In this document: positions 1-11,128 of the stretch, one piece after another
Position numbering within the stretch: position 1 is the stretch's first letter
How the letters are laid out: every line of letters starts with the position of its first letter
Assembly (NCBI GenBank): GCA_964016885.1
Contig: OZ024754.1
Location: 23,684,001 to 23,748,000, forward strand
DNA from: Eledone cirrhosa
Lineage: Eukaryota
Reading direction: 5' to 3'
DNA length: 64,000 nucleotides
Program-made: the position numbers and the translations under genes
The notes under the pieces: model-generated
What the model saw: only the letters and a program-made list of their open reading frames with translations
What the model was told of the DNA's origin: nothing
Database searches by the model: none

Positions 1-800
1 GCAATGGTTTTCTATATTGCATTCAAGAATTGCAAGCATGATGTTTAGATCTACTATCAAACCTATGGCAGTATATTTAACATCAGGCGCTTTGCTGCAA
101 AAACAAAAGTATTTACATCAATCATAAGAGACCTCTTGTATGCAGATGATTGTATGCAGATGATTGCGATCTTGTAGCACACACAGAGATTGATATGCAG
201 CACATTTTAAATGCATTTTCTGATGCTTGCACTACCCTAGAATTGACTGTCAGTCTCAAGAAAACCGTTGTCATGTACTAACCTGCTCCTGGTAAGCAGT
301 ACAGTGAACCAAATAAGTATGGTAAACGAGTAGTTAATCAGTTTGTCTACCTGGGAAGCACTGTCAATCGATACAGCAAGGATGAAGAATTCTAGAATAC
401 CGAAACAACTCTTTTATGGAGAGATAGTTAAAGGAAAACGACCTCCACAAAAAAGAGGTATAAGGATTCCTTGAAAGCCTCTTTGAAAGACGCTTACAGC
501 GAAGGCCCTCTTATGGAGCTGACATGCAGCGTCTGTGCGAGACTCTGCCTCAGCAAAGCCGGACTCGAAACTCATCTTCGCAGTCATAAACTGAGACCAG
601 TGATTGACAAGGAGATGCTACTCATCATGCATGTGGAAGAGAATGTTAGATAAACAGGAGGGCTCAAACGAGATGCAAAAGTATATGAATCCAACCACAG
701 CCAGCTATTGCCAGTTAACATTTTGGTTGCCAACTCTGTGCAAGACATTTTAGATCATTGGCTGGGCTAAAAAGCCACATTCGATCGCAACACCGTTAAT
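1..800 (+). mobile_element. Degenerate RTE/BovB-like LINE 3' fragment (RT remnant plus C-terminal zinc fingers)
   Basis: Translates to IFNIRRFAAKTKVFTSIIRDLLYADD (RT motif) with stops and frameshifts, then CSVCARLCLSKAGLETHLRSH and CQLCARHFRSLAGLKSHIRSQH. Confidence 0.75.
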
Positions 801-883
801 TGTTGTGTGTGTGTATATGTATGTTTGTGTGTATGTGTATGTATGTGTGTGAGTATAAATATATATATATATATATATTTTCG

Positions 884-1588
884 ATAACGAGGGGGCAGCC
901 ATCATATGTGCCTGTGTACATATATAACAATAATTTGAGGGTTGTGTTGGTAGTTGATCGTGTTATAGTGTTGGTTCATTTGTTGCTGTGTGGTGTGGTC
1001 ACTGTTGTGTCATAGTGTGACCACAGGCTGCATAAGTTCAGGTAAGTGAGTAAGTGTTCATTAAGATGATGATGATATGATAGTTCTTTGATCATACAGA
1101 AAATGAACATATATAAATGAACCATGATAACACAAAACCGCTGTATTATTAATTTATTGAAAATAGCTTACGCCGAAGCTATATGAAAAATACACAGAAA
1201 TTATGTACGTTATTTGTTTGTTTGTAAAAGTAGAGTTGAAGTCTTATTTATCAAGAAAACTTCATGGACTTCACTAGCTGGGTTGAGAGAGAAACCAAGA
1301 GAGAGAGATTGAGTGAAAGAGAGAGAATAAGTGTCACTGAGACCAAAGGAGTCTGTGGAAAGCAATAGTTTACATGTTTATTTTATCAAGAAATGCTCCA
1401 AACTGCTTAGCCGGATCTAAGGCAGGCTATTTATCTATGTCACGTCCTCTGTCTCCAAGGGTTGAGAAATAAGGGCTGACCTTTTGAGGTTGCCTAATCT
1501 CAGACCTGTTGATGCCCAAAAGGAGATGACCCAGAAAATGACCGTTAAATGTGACCCAGGGTTGAAGCTGTGGACATATTTCGCTACA
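884..1588. mobile_element. Possible solo LTR
   Basis: GC-richer block between TA tracts. Ends TTCGCTACA and starts ATAACGA (degenerate TGTAACGA). No TSD is visible. Confidence 0.3.
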
Positions 1589-1613
1589 AACATATATATA
1601 TACATGTATATAC

Positions 1614-1658
<45 letters not shown>

Positions 1659-1661
<3 letters not shown>

Positions 1662-1700
1662 GAAACGGCTTGAGCTCAGCTGTCGGGGTCTTACTGGTTC

Positions 1701-1702
<2 letters not shown>
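1659..1702 (+). mobile_element. 44-bp PLE family A 3' terminus (3' half of hammerhead) inside (TA)n
   Basis: GTCGAAACGGCTTGAGCTCAGCTGTCGGGGTCTTACTGGTTCC matches the termini at 11022, 27863 and 40897-41022. Confidence 0.8.
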
Positions 1703-1770
<68 letters not shown>

Positions 1771-1853
1771 GGTATATATATAAATATATATATATATATA
1801 GTACAGAATATATATTTATATATATATAGTATGGTAGAGAAACATGTATATAC

Positions 1854-1891
<38 letters not shown>

Positions 1892-2018
1892 AGAAAAGAT
1901 GTAATGGGAAAGTGAGTAGTCTAAATGGAAGAGAGATTTTCGCATGTAGACGAGGCACAGCAGAACTTGAGAGGAAGAGTGCTACTGTTATAAACCGTTT
2001 CCAGTCACAGGAAGGATC

Positions 2019-2445
2019 TTTAGGAAATAGATATCGGTGCACATGCAACATAATATAAAAGACAAAGAGTACTGGTGTGTGTGATAAAGTTTTACTTCAT
2101 AGAAGTCAAAGGTGTATAATGTAAAGGGTTGTTACCCGATGGCAATAATACCATTGTGAAGTTGGTAGAAATATCTTGGCGCTCTCATCTCAGGCTGGTG
2201 AGCTGCATTGTGCTGGTAACGAAAGGGTCGTCCAGAAAGAATCACCAGCTATGGTCGAAGATGTTACCACTTCAGGAATCAGGAGGCGAGAGAGAGATTT
2301 CGCGGTTAATCGCTCCTTTTATCTCTGTTGACCGGAAGTGACCACTAGGGAGTTTGGTCAATCCCAAAGGGAAGCAACTCCACCTACTTCCTGTCTAGAG
2401 AACAGCGATTCGATTGTCGTGGCAGGGGAGGCAACTCTTACTACA
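2019..2445 (-). repeat. 3' LTR
   Basis: Direct repeat of 5532-5958. On the minus strand it reads TGTA...TAAA. Confidence 0.95.
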
Positions 2446-3218
2446 GTATCCCCCGCCAGATTTTTAAAACATAAAAAATCGAAAGAAGCATGCATGGAGT
2501 AAGATGGCGAGCATGTAAGAGGCATGAAAAGTATGGTACAGAGTAATGGAAGTAAGAAAAGAGGTCAAAAGTTCAAATGTACAAAATATAGTTCACAGGT
2601 GTGCAATCACATGACAGCAGGAAAGAAAGTGTGTTCCAGAGAATGAATGCAGGTGGTTTCTGTTCTGTGGTATATCGTGAAATTTCCAACATCCAAATGG
2701 ATTTTCTCACAGGAAGAGTGCTGCAAAAATAAATTCTCTGGCTTTGGTTGTTGGTGAAGCTGAGTTGATGTATTGCTGTTGCTGTTGCTGCCGCTGCTGT
2801 ATTGCTGTTGCTGTTATATTGCTGTTGCTGCTGCTGTTGCTGTTATATTGCTGTTGGTGTTGCTGCTGAGTGAGCGTCTTCGGTGTTTAAATTCACAGTA
2901 AACAAAAAATTTTTCAGAAAAAATGAGTTGCGCAAAGTGCTAGAAATAGCAGCCGAAGTTGATGGTCGATGTTGAGAATGCGTTGATCTGGAAGGGTCCA
3001 GAGGCCAGCGACCAGAGAAATAAGCATTCTTACTAAATGCGCGGTTATCAACGGTAAATTTACATTGCAAACTTATAAACCGGCAAAGAGAAGAATGTAG
3101 CTTAAAATGTTCATTGTAAAGGAAACGAAAAACATATATATACATCCAGTGAAATGGTCATGAGAGGTACATTGCAATACAATAAATCAAATAAATAAGA
3201 ACAGCAAAAACAGAAAAA

Positions 3219-3250
<32 letters not shown>

Positions 3251-3266
3251 GGCTCCAATGGCCAGT

Positions 3267-5501
3267 TCATATAAAAATAGTTTGGCAGAACTTTTTGGGC
3301 CAGTGGACTCTCCGACCGGAACGGGTCGTAGTCTTGTATGTAGGTGATGGTGGGGCAGAAGGAGCAGGTGTATGCACAATGGTGAAAGATTGGGGTATTT
3401 GTGGCTCGGGTGTATGAGCGTCATTGTGTGCCCTTTTCAGTCTATCCACCGAAATTGTCTCTCTGGACCCCTTAACGTCTACAGTGAAATGTTTGTCAGT
3501 GCGTGCTAACACACGGTAGGGTCCAGAGTATGGTTGTGTGAGGGGTGGTCTCACAGCATCGTTCCTTACGAACACATGGGTCCACGAAGCAATGTCCCTC
3601 GGGACCGCATGTTTTACAGTTTGCTTCCTCGTATCCATCGGCGGCAGGTCCTGTAAATAAGAACGCAGACGGGATACGTAGGAAAGCGGATCTTGGAAAG
3701 CAAGATCAACAGGGGCAAGCATTTGCCCAGGCAACGCTAGAGGAGCACCGTAAATTAATTCGGCCGGGGAGAACCCAAGGTCCTCCTTTATTGATGACCG
3801 AATTCCTAATAACACAATAGGAAGGTACTCGCTCCAACGTTGAGAGACTGGATAGGCGCAAAGAGCGGCCTTTAATTGGCGGTGGAATCGTTCCACCATT
3901 CCATTTGAAGCAGGATGATAGGCTGTGGTCCGAATCCGTTGAGCTCCAATTATTTTTGTGAGCTCAGAGAAGAGATGGGACTCGAATTGTCTACCGCGGT
4001 CTGTGGTGAGTGTAGTTGGTACCCCAAAGCGGGTAATCCACCCTGATACCAGGGCACGTGCTACAGTCTCAGCAGTCATGTCTTGTAAAGGGATGGCCTC
4101 AGGCCATCTCGAAAAACGATCGACACACGTCAATTTGTATGAATATCCACTGCTGAATGGCCAAGGTCCAACGATGTCAATGTGGATGTGTTGAAACCGG
4201 GCATCTGGAGTGGTGAAAGTACCAAGTGGAGTCCGGATGTGTCTATGGATCTTCGATTTCTGGCAAGCGATACAGGAACGGCAAAAAACAGCAATGTCTC
4301 GCCTCATATTAGGCCAGAAGAATCTGGCTGTTATAAGTTTAACTGTGGCAGCCGATCCTGGATGAGAAATGTTGTGCAGAGCCAGGAACACAATTCGACG
4401 GTGAGTCTCAGGAACAAGTGGTCGTGGTGCATCAGTGGATACATCACAAAGGATCTGCCTGTCGGTGGTGGACAAGGGCAGATATTTGAAAATGCAAGTC
4501 GCAAATTCGGTGGAAAGAGTGTCCAACGATTGGAGTGCAGGTTGGTCTGCAGCTAAACGACCTAAATCGATGTACTGGGATGACGAGATGGAGCTAATTG
4601 GCAAACGAGATAATGCGTCTGCAACTATGTTGTGCGAGCCGGCAATGTGCTGGATATCGTTTGTAAATTGTGAAACGTAGTCCAGGTGCCTTGTCTCTCT
4701 GGGCGAATATCTGTCGGATTTGGCCCTCAAAGCGAAGGTAAACGGTTTGTGGTCGGTAAAAACCGTAAAATTTCTCCCCTCGAGGATATGAGAGAAATGT
4801 TTCACCGACAGATATATGGCTAATAATTCCCGCCCAAACGTGCTATAACGCGTTTCTGCTGGTTTCAACTTCCTCGAGAAAAATGCCAAAGGTTGTTGGC
4901 TTTCAGCGTAAGACTGCTGTAAAACTGCTCCCACAGCGGTATCAGATGCATCAACACAAAGCGAAAGCTTGGCCTCTGGTACCGGGTGGGCTAGCAAAGA
5001 AGAACTAGCGAGGGCTGTCTTGGCAGACTGAAAGTCCTGAAGCTGTCCTTGTGTCAAGGAAATGTCTTCATTCTTCTTACGACGTTTTTTTAAAATGTCA
5101 GTAAGGGAAGATAGCCAATTAGCACAATGAGGAATGAAACGCCTATAGAAATTGATTAGGCCTAAGAAGTGACGCAACTGGTGAAGTGTAGTAGGCGGCG
5201 GTAACTCCTGTATGGCTTGAACTCGCTCAGGGAGCGGCCTAATACCTTCGGCGTCGATGAGGTGGCCCAAAAAATGTAGGGAAGTGGAACCGAAAACACA
5301 CTTTGCAGGATTCACGCGAACGCGGTAATCCTGAAGTCGCCGAAGTAAGAGAAGCATGTGGCGCATATGCTCTTCCGGAGAGGAACTAGCGACGAGAATA
5401 TCGTCTATGTAAGCATAGACGAAGTCCAGACCACGCGTGACCTCGTCTATGAACCGCTGAAAAGTGCTAGCGGCGTTCCTGAGTCCGAAAGGCATGGTCA
5501 A
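3267..5501 (-). CDS. pol: Truncated Gypsy Pol: C-terminal RT, RNase H and integrase (744 aa, uninterrupted)
   Basis: MPFGLRNA and YIDD (RT). DAS...ELLAI...TDHKP (RNase H). HHCC, HIDIVGP, TDRGRQF and NGMVERFH (integrase). Confidence 0.93.
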   Translation of the reverse strand: MTMPFGLRNAASTFQRFIDEVTRGLDFVYAYIDDILVASSSPEEHMRHMLLLLRRLQDYRVRVNPAKCVFGSTSLHFLGHLIDAEGIRPLPERVQAIQELPPPTTLHQLRHFLGLINFYRRFIPHCANWLSSLTDILKKRRKKNEDISLTQGQLQDFQSAKTALASSSLLAHPVPEAKLSLCVDASDTAVGAVLQQSYAESQQPLAFFSRKLKPAETRYSTFGRELLAIYLSVKHFSHILEGRNFTVFTDHKPFTFALRAKSDRYSPRETRHLDYVSQFTNDIQHIAGSHNIVADALSRLPISSISSSQYIDLGRLAADQPALQSLDTLSTEFATCIFKYLPLSTTDRQILCDVSTDAPRPLVPETHRRIVFLALHNISHPGSAATVKLITARFFWPNMRRDIAVFCRSCIACQKSKIHRHIRTPLGTFTTPDARFQHIHIDIVGPWPFSSGYSYKLTCVDRFSRWPEAIPLQDMTAETVARALVSGWITRFGVPTTLTTDRGRQFESHLFSELTKIIGAQRIRTTAYHPASNGMVERFHRQLKAALCAYPVSQRWSEYLPIVLLGIRSSIKEDLGFSPAELIYGAPLALPGQMLAPVDLAFQDPLSYVSRLRSYLQDLPPMDTRKQTVKHAVPRDIASWTHVFVRNDAVRPPLTQPYSGPYRVLARTDKHFTVDVKGSRETISVDRLKRAHNDAHTPEPQIPQSFTIVHTPAPSAPPSPTYKTTTRSGRRVHWPKKFCQTIFI

Positions 5502-5512
5502 AAATTCGAATG

Positions 5513-5530
5513 ATCACGTCGGGGTCACCA
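5513..5530 (-). promoter_or_regulatory. Primer-binding site complementary to the tRNA-Trp 3' end
   Basis: TGGTGACCCCGACGTGAT, 1 nt after the 5' LTR. It complements the eukaryotic tRNA-Trp end ...ATCACGTCGGGGTCACCA. Confidence 0.9.
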
Positions 5531-5531
5531 C

Positions 5532-5958
5532 TTTAGGAAATAGATATCGGTGCACATGCAACATAATATAAAAGACAAAGAGTACTGGTGTGTGTGATAA
5601 AGTTTTACTTCATAGAAGTCAAAGGTGTATAATGTAAAGGGTTGTTACCCGATGGCAATAATACCATTGTGAAGTTGGTAGAAATATCTTGGCGCTCTCA
5701 TCTCAGGCTGGTGAGCTGCATTGTGCTGGTAACGAAAGGGTTGTCCAGAAAGAATCACCAGCTATGGTCGAAGATGTTACCACTTCAGGAATCAGGAGGC
5801 GAGAGAGAGATTTCGCGGTTAATCGCTCCTTTTATCTCTGTTGACCGGAAGTGACCACTAGGGAGTTTGGTCAATCCCAAAGGGAAGCAACTCCACCTAC
5901 TTCCTGTCTAGAGAACAGCGATTCGATTGTCGTGGCAGGGGAGGCAACTCTTACTACA
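5532..5958 (-). repeat. 5' LTR
   Basis: Direct repeat of 2019-2445, followed by the PBS on the minus strand. Confidence 0.95.
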
Positions 5959-7906
5959 GATCTATAGATGTAGTTGATAGCTTCTGCTATCTAGGTGACC
6001 TAATCAGCAGCAGAGGAGGGTGTGTCAAGAGTATAGTGGTATAATAAGGATAGGATGGAAGTTTAGTGAACCTCTCCTATGGCTGATAACATAAGGTTTC
6101 TCGCTACACACAAAAGGAAGGGTATATGAAGCCTGTGTGCGATACTGCATGGTAGAGAAACATGGGCTGTGACTGAAGAGGACGTGATTAGACTGGACAG
6201 AAATGACGCAACCATGTTTTGTTGGATGTGCAATATATATTTCAGAGAAAGGCAGAGCTTGGACGAGCCGAGGGAGAAGCTGGATTTAAGGGGAAACTGA
6301 GATGGTGTACAGGAGACACAACTGCAATACTATGGACATGTGATGCACATGGACAGTGACTGAAGGGTGAAGAAATGCCAGGAAATCCCAGTGGAAGGAA
6401 GCCACAGTAGAGGACGACCAAGAAAGTCAGGGGCAAATGTTGTGAGAGCCGAACTCAAATCGCTAAAACTGGAAGAGATGACGAAGGAACGCATTTAGTG
6501 GAGAGATGCCGTGCTAAGAAGGACCCATCCAACCCATGCAAGCATGGAATAGTAGATGTAATGATGATACACAAAATATACACTATATATACATATATAA
6601 ATACTATGTATATAGTGTATGCGCTACATATACACAATATATACGTTATATATAAATACTGCATATATAGAGTATATGCTACATATAGACAATATATAAA
6701 CTATATATATACTACATACACATTATATATAATGTTATCCAAGGGAATAACTGAAACAGCTTGGCACCAATGACATCATAGATCATCATCAATTAACGTC
6801 TACTCTCTCTGCTAGCAAGGCTGGGACAGGTCTTCACAAACCAGGGTACAGAGGGAGACCACATCTCTCTTACATATGGTCCCACATTCTACTGACTGTA
6901 TTTTATTGTGGCACCAATACTAAAGAGAGAACTGAAATATTTTCAAGTTCTGAACTGAAGTATTTTCAAGTTCTGAACTGAAGTATTTTCAAATGTGAAT
7001 TATTTCTAAAAAAAGTCATAATTTGAACTGTCATGAAAGTACCATCCAACAAATATTGAATTTTTTTAATTATTTTTATTTTGTCACAAATATAAATATA
7101 AATATATATTTTGTCACAAATATAAATATAAACCAGTTAGAGTTTATAAAATAAACACATAAACACAACGATATTTTGTTTTATATTTATTGCACTGATG
7201 GAGTCATAGGGGCGTCACTGTGGACATTTGAAGCCTGGTGGAGCCCTTCATTCACCAGGTTAGAACAGTTGATTTCTTCCAGAGAAGGAGAGAGAATGAG
7301 AGAGAGGAAGTGAGAAAGAAATATAGAGAGGAAGAACAGACCCCTGTGGTAGACTGGTACTATTTTTTTTATCAACCTTGAATGGATGAAAGGCAAAGTT
7401 GAGCTCAGCAGGATTTAAAATCAGAGAGCAGAGAACCAGAACACATATGGCAGAAAGCATTCCATCTATTGTTTTATAGACTTTAAATAAATGTTTCTAC
7501 TTTTAAATCAACCCTAGCTATTGGAATAGAAAGAGGAATGTAAATTAAATCAACCCCAGTGGATTACTGGTACTTTTTAAAACCCAGAACATAAAGGGCT
7601 ATAACTATATGACACAAATATTGTTGTCTGATGCTCTACAGATTCTGCCAATCCACCACCCTCACCAATAAAATAAGATTGTGTCTCTATAAGAAACCTT
7701 AATGACAAATATGAAGTAGAACTTTCTACAGGGTGTATTTGTGGATTGCAATACAAAACCTGAGAATAATTTCCAACATATTTCACCATAATAAATGTCC
7801 ATCGATATATATTATTATTTTGTGGCATTCTTCAGATCATTAATCCCCATCTGAACATCCCTAGACATCTGATCTATGTAGGTCATTTTCAGTCATCCCA
7901 CTAGGG

Positions 7907-10110
7907 CAGGGCCTCCCAACGGGGTCCATGGCGCGATTACAGGGGGTCCACAGAAAAATGCTGAATTAAATGTACATAATGGAATGTACACAATTAATAA
8001 ATGAGTTGATTTAGTAAAAGTTATTGCACTTTTCTTAATATTTTCAATTATTTTCTTTCCTTTTCCATTAAATCCTTTTAAGTACGGTACATAGGTTTTC
8101 AAGCATCAAGAAGAAACGTCTTCATTTCTGGAATTTGAATTGTAAATTGTAAATTTTAAAAAGCTTCTTAATTGTATTTTTCTATTTGAGGTTTCTTCCC
8201 ATAACAATTAAATATGAGTAAAAGCAAGAAGAAATGTAGGCAGTATGATCCCTCTTATATTCAATATGGATTTATTAGCAGCAAGAACAATCTATTCCTA
8301 CCACAGTGTCTTATTTGTTTGACACAACTGACGCATGCATCAATAAAACCCGCCAAACTTTCTTTACATCTCAACAAGTGTCATCCCTCATTGGTCAACA
8401 AACCTAAAGAATACTTCGAAGTGCTCAGTGACAGTGCCCGTTCTTCGTCATCAAAATTGAAAGGATTCCTCATCAAGAGCAATAGCGCTTCTGGACTCAC
8501 CGCGTCATACAATATTGCGCTTTTGATTGCCAAACAAGGTCGACCGCATACAATTGCTGAGGACCTCATCAAACCTGCAATCATGGAAGCATATAAAGTG
8601 GCTAATATTTCTAATCCAGAGTCTGTTCTCAACAGCATACCTTTATCCAACAATACCATTTCATCGCGAATAACTGATTTAGCAGATGATGTCAAGTCCA
8701 TCCTTATTCAAGACCTGCGACACACCAAATTTTCATTAATTGTTGATGAAAGTACCTTTGTAAATCAGTCTGTGCTCCTTGCTTTTGTCCGCTACATCAA
8801 AGATTCCAGAATATGTGAGGAGATGCTCTTTATGAAAACTCTCAACACTACAGGAGACCAAGTGTGCAACGCTGTCACCGGCTTTTTAAAGACAAATGAT
8901 ATTTACATGGATAACATGATCTCCATTTGCACAGATAGTGCGCCGTCAATGATCGGCAAAAGAAAAGGATTTGTGTGCAGATGTAAAACAGAAGCGTGTT
9001 TACTATTCATTGTTTTACATCGTGAAAATTTGGTTGCAAAAAATATTGGTAACCGTGATCTTATGGCCATTCTTCAAACAGTTGTTTCATCCGTCAACAA
9101 AATAAGAACATGAGCCCTCCAAGACAGGCTTTTCCAGGATGCTTGTCGTGACGAAAAATTTCATCGGCTGGTTTATTCCACAGACGTACGTTGGCTTTCA
9201 ATGGTTAACTGTCTCACGAGATTTGTCGTACTGTTTGACAAAGTTTTGGAAATTTTGCAGAACAGAGACACCGTTCTGAAGAATTCACTTATTGATAACA
9301 AGATTGTTATATTGTACTTGGAAGAGATATTTCGGAAACTCAATGAACTGAATTTATCCATGCAAAACCAGGATATGAACATCGTACGTGCTAAACAAGT
9401 TATAACGGCATTCATGAACAAATTGGTGATTTGGAAAACGAAAGCCATGACGCATGACTTCTGTCATTTTTCTAGTTTAGATGGCAAGGAAATTGATTGT
9501 GAGTTACAAACAATTATTGTGGATCATTTGTCTTTCTTGCATGATAACTTTCAAACTCGTTTTGAGGATCTTCTACAGTTGAGCATACCACCTTTTGTCG
9601 ATTTACTTCATACCATGACAATGGGGGGTGTGATGAATCAACCTGAATGTGTCCAGATTGAGCTCTGCGAGGTTATTGCTGACGAGCGCTTGATTCAGGC
9701 CTCTGAGAAAAATTGGGTCAAAGCGTGGCTGCAAAGCTCGATCAAATATCAAACCTTGTATGAAAAGGTGGAACCATTTATAATTAATCTACCAACGTCC
9801 AATTTGGTGGAGAAGGGCTTTTCGCTTTTACTTCATTCATTCACAAAGCAACGAAGGAGCTTGCACTTGAACGTTAATCCAGAAATGAGGCTCCGTCTGA
9901 GTGACCTACAACCACGGATTACTGCTCTCGTGAGTAATAAACAGCCACAAGGCTCTCACTAAAAACGTGTGCTCGTAGGACTCTTTGATCATTACGAATA
10001 AATTTTGTTTGTTGAATTAATGTCCTAAGTTTTGAATACTGTTGAGGGGGTCCATAGCGAAAAAGGATTGTGCTTGAGGGTCCATGGTTGAAAAAGGTTG
10101 GGAAGCCCTG
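7907..10110 (+). mobile_element. hAT DNA transposon, Buster/Charlie-like, full length (2204 bp)
   Basis: 14-bp TIRs CAGGGC(C/T)TCCCAAC. 8-bp TSD CACTAGGG (7899-7906, 10111-10118) with a central TA. Confidence 0.95.
8214..9962 (+). pseudogene. hAT transposase (ZBED5/SCAND3/Buster-like), disrupted
   Basis: BED finger CLIC..HL..CH, DEST, CTDSA, HRENL, VRWLS, VEKGFS and terminal QGSH. In-frame TGA at 9111-9113 and a local compensating frameshift at ~8980-9015. Confidence 0.9.
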
Positions 10111-10269
10111 CACTAGGGTCTTACTATGTTTAGGTATCCACCACTGGAGCCAGCTCATCAGGTCATCCATTTCTTCGGTAGGAATGTCCAGCATATCTTG
10201 TCCTCCGCTCCCTAGTTATTGTGGTAATCTTTGATATATGGCAGTTTACTTCTTCCATTTCATAAGAGA

Positions 10270-10308
<39 letters not shown>

Positions 10309-10488
10309 TGGATGAATACCTCAACAGGTACTATGTACTTGTAGAAATATGCAAGGTGTTTATAATATTTGTGGTTCAATGGTACTAATTCGAGATACCA
10401 GAACAATATAAAAAATAGCGGAGCAAGCGGTTATCAAACAATTCTCTAAATAAATTAAAAAACGATTTAAATAATCACCTGTTCTATT

Positions 10489-10569
10489 GCTGTTACCGAC
10501 GGTTTCATCATTCCAAAAGATTGGAAATCCAAAGAATCTCCAATGGAAAGAAATGAATCTTCAGACAGC
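10489..10569 (-). ncRNA. Type I hammerhead ribozyme (family B), inverted copy
   Basis: Reverse complement of 10834-10914. Confidence 0.75.
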
Positions 10570-10833
10570 TTATTTCCACACTATAAGATTGCTAGCCTTA
10601 CAGTACCTGTTGAGGTATTCATCCACTTTTATAATTTTTCTCCTTATGTACAGAACAAAACGTTGAATAATGCTGCTAATTTTAGTGGCAATATCAACAT
10701 GTTTATAAGAAACAGCTATTATCTGCGACCTGATTTTGCGTGTGTGTCATTTTAACGGCTTGACCGTATGCGTTGGACAGGAAGCGAAATATTTACTTAC
10801 TGTAAGGCTAGCAACCTCATAGTGTGGAAATAA

Positions 10834-10914
10834 GCTGTCTGAAGATTCATTTCTTTCCATTGGAGATTCTTTGGATTTCCAATCTTTTGGAATGATGAAA
10901 CCGTCGGTAACAGC
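10834..10914 (+). ncRNA. Type I hammerhead ribozyme (family B)
   Basis: Stem I GCTGT/ACAGC. Core CTGAAGA at 10839-10845. Stem II TCATT/AATGA with a long loop. GAAA at 10897-10900. Stem III ACC-gtc-GGT. GUA cleavage after 10909. Confidence 0.75.
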
Positions 10915-10985
10915 AATAGAACAGGTGATTATTTAAATCGTTTTTTAATTTATTTAGAGAATTGTTTGATAACCGCTTGCTCCGC

Positions 10986-11024
<39 letters not shown>

Positions 11025-11034
11025 AACCAGTAAG

Positions 11035-11128
11035 ACCCCGACAGCTGAGCTCAAGCCGTTTCGACGGCTAATTCTGGACTAAATGAAAATTTATCCTGGT
11101 ATTTAAATAGCCGATCTTCTCAAGGGGT
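11035..11128 (-). ncRNA. Type I hammerhead ribozyme (family A, U3-A8 core variant)
   Basis: Minus strand reads ACCCC-TTGAGAA-GATCGGCTA...TAGCCGTC-GAA-ACGGCT tgagctc AGCTGT-C^GGGGT. Confidence 0.8.

Larger units (their letters stand above)
2019..5958 (-). mobile_element. Young Gypsy/Ty3 LTR retrotransposon, internally deleted (no gag, protease or N-terminal RT)
   Basis: 427-bp LTRs at 2019-2445 and 5532-5958, with one difference seen. 4-bp TSD GATC (2015-2018, 5959-5962). tRNA-Trp PBS at 5513-5530. Purine tract (TCTGGCGGGGGA) just before the 3' LTR. Confidence 0.95.
1890..6570 (+). mobile_element. RTE-clade LINE 3' fragment split by the Gypsy insertion (pieces ~1890-2018 and 5959-6570)
   Basis: The rejoined flanks read SIDVVDSFCYLGD..., homologous to AIEVVDSFRYLGDQ of the RTE at 31813. 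It ends in a GAT-type tail. Confidence 0.75.
6720..10260 (-). repeat. Inverted paralog of the ZNF-downstream segment (~33420-34700), interrupted by the hAT
   Basis: 6720-7898 and 10119-10260 are colinear reverse complements of ~33420-34700, and are also similar to 24220-25455 and 52480-54060. Confidence 0.85.
10304..10990. mobile_element. Non-coding PLE-like pLTR remnant (family B) with nested inverted repeats, bounded by (TA)n
   Basis: ~10410-10605 is inverted at ~10798-10990, and 10304-10331 is inverted at 10603-10630. Each long arm carries a hammerhead. Confidence 0.7.

Noticed and set aside
2129-2341. Duplicated short ORFs (2129/5642 and 45195/49819)
   Set aside because: They lie within LTR copies, so the duplication reflects the LTRs rather than genes.
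5513-5530. tRNA-Trp gene; also tRNA-like A/B boxes at 19370, 22776 and 56522
   Set aside because: Only the 18-nt PBS or SINE heads are present, with no full cloverleaf.
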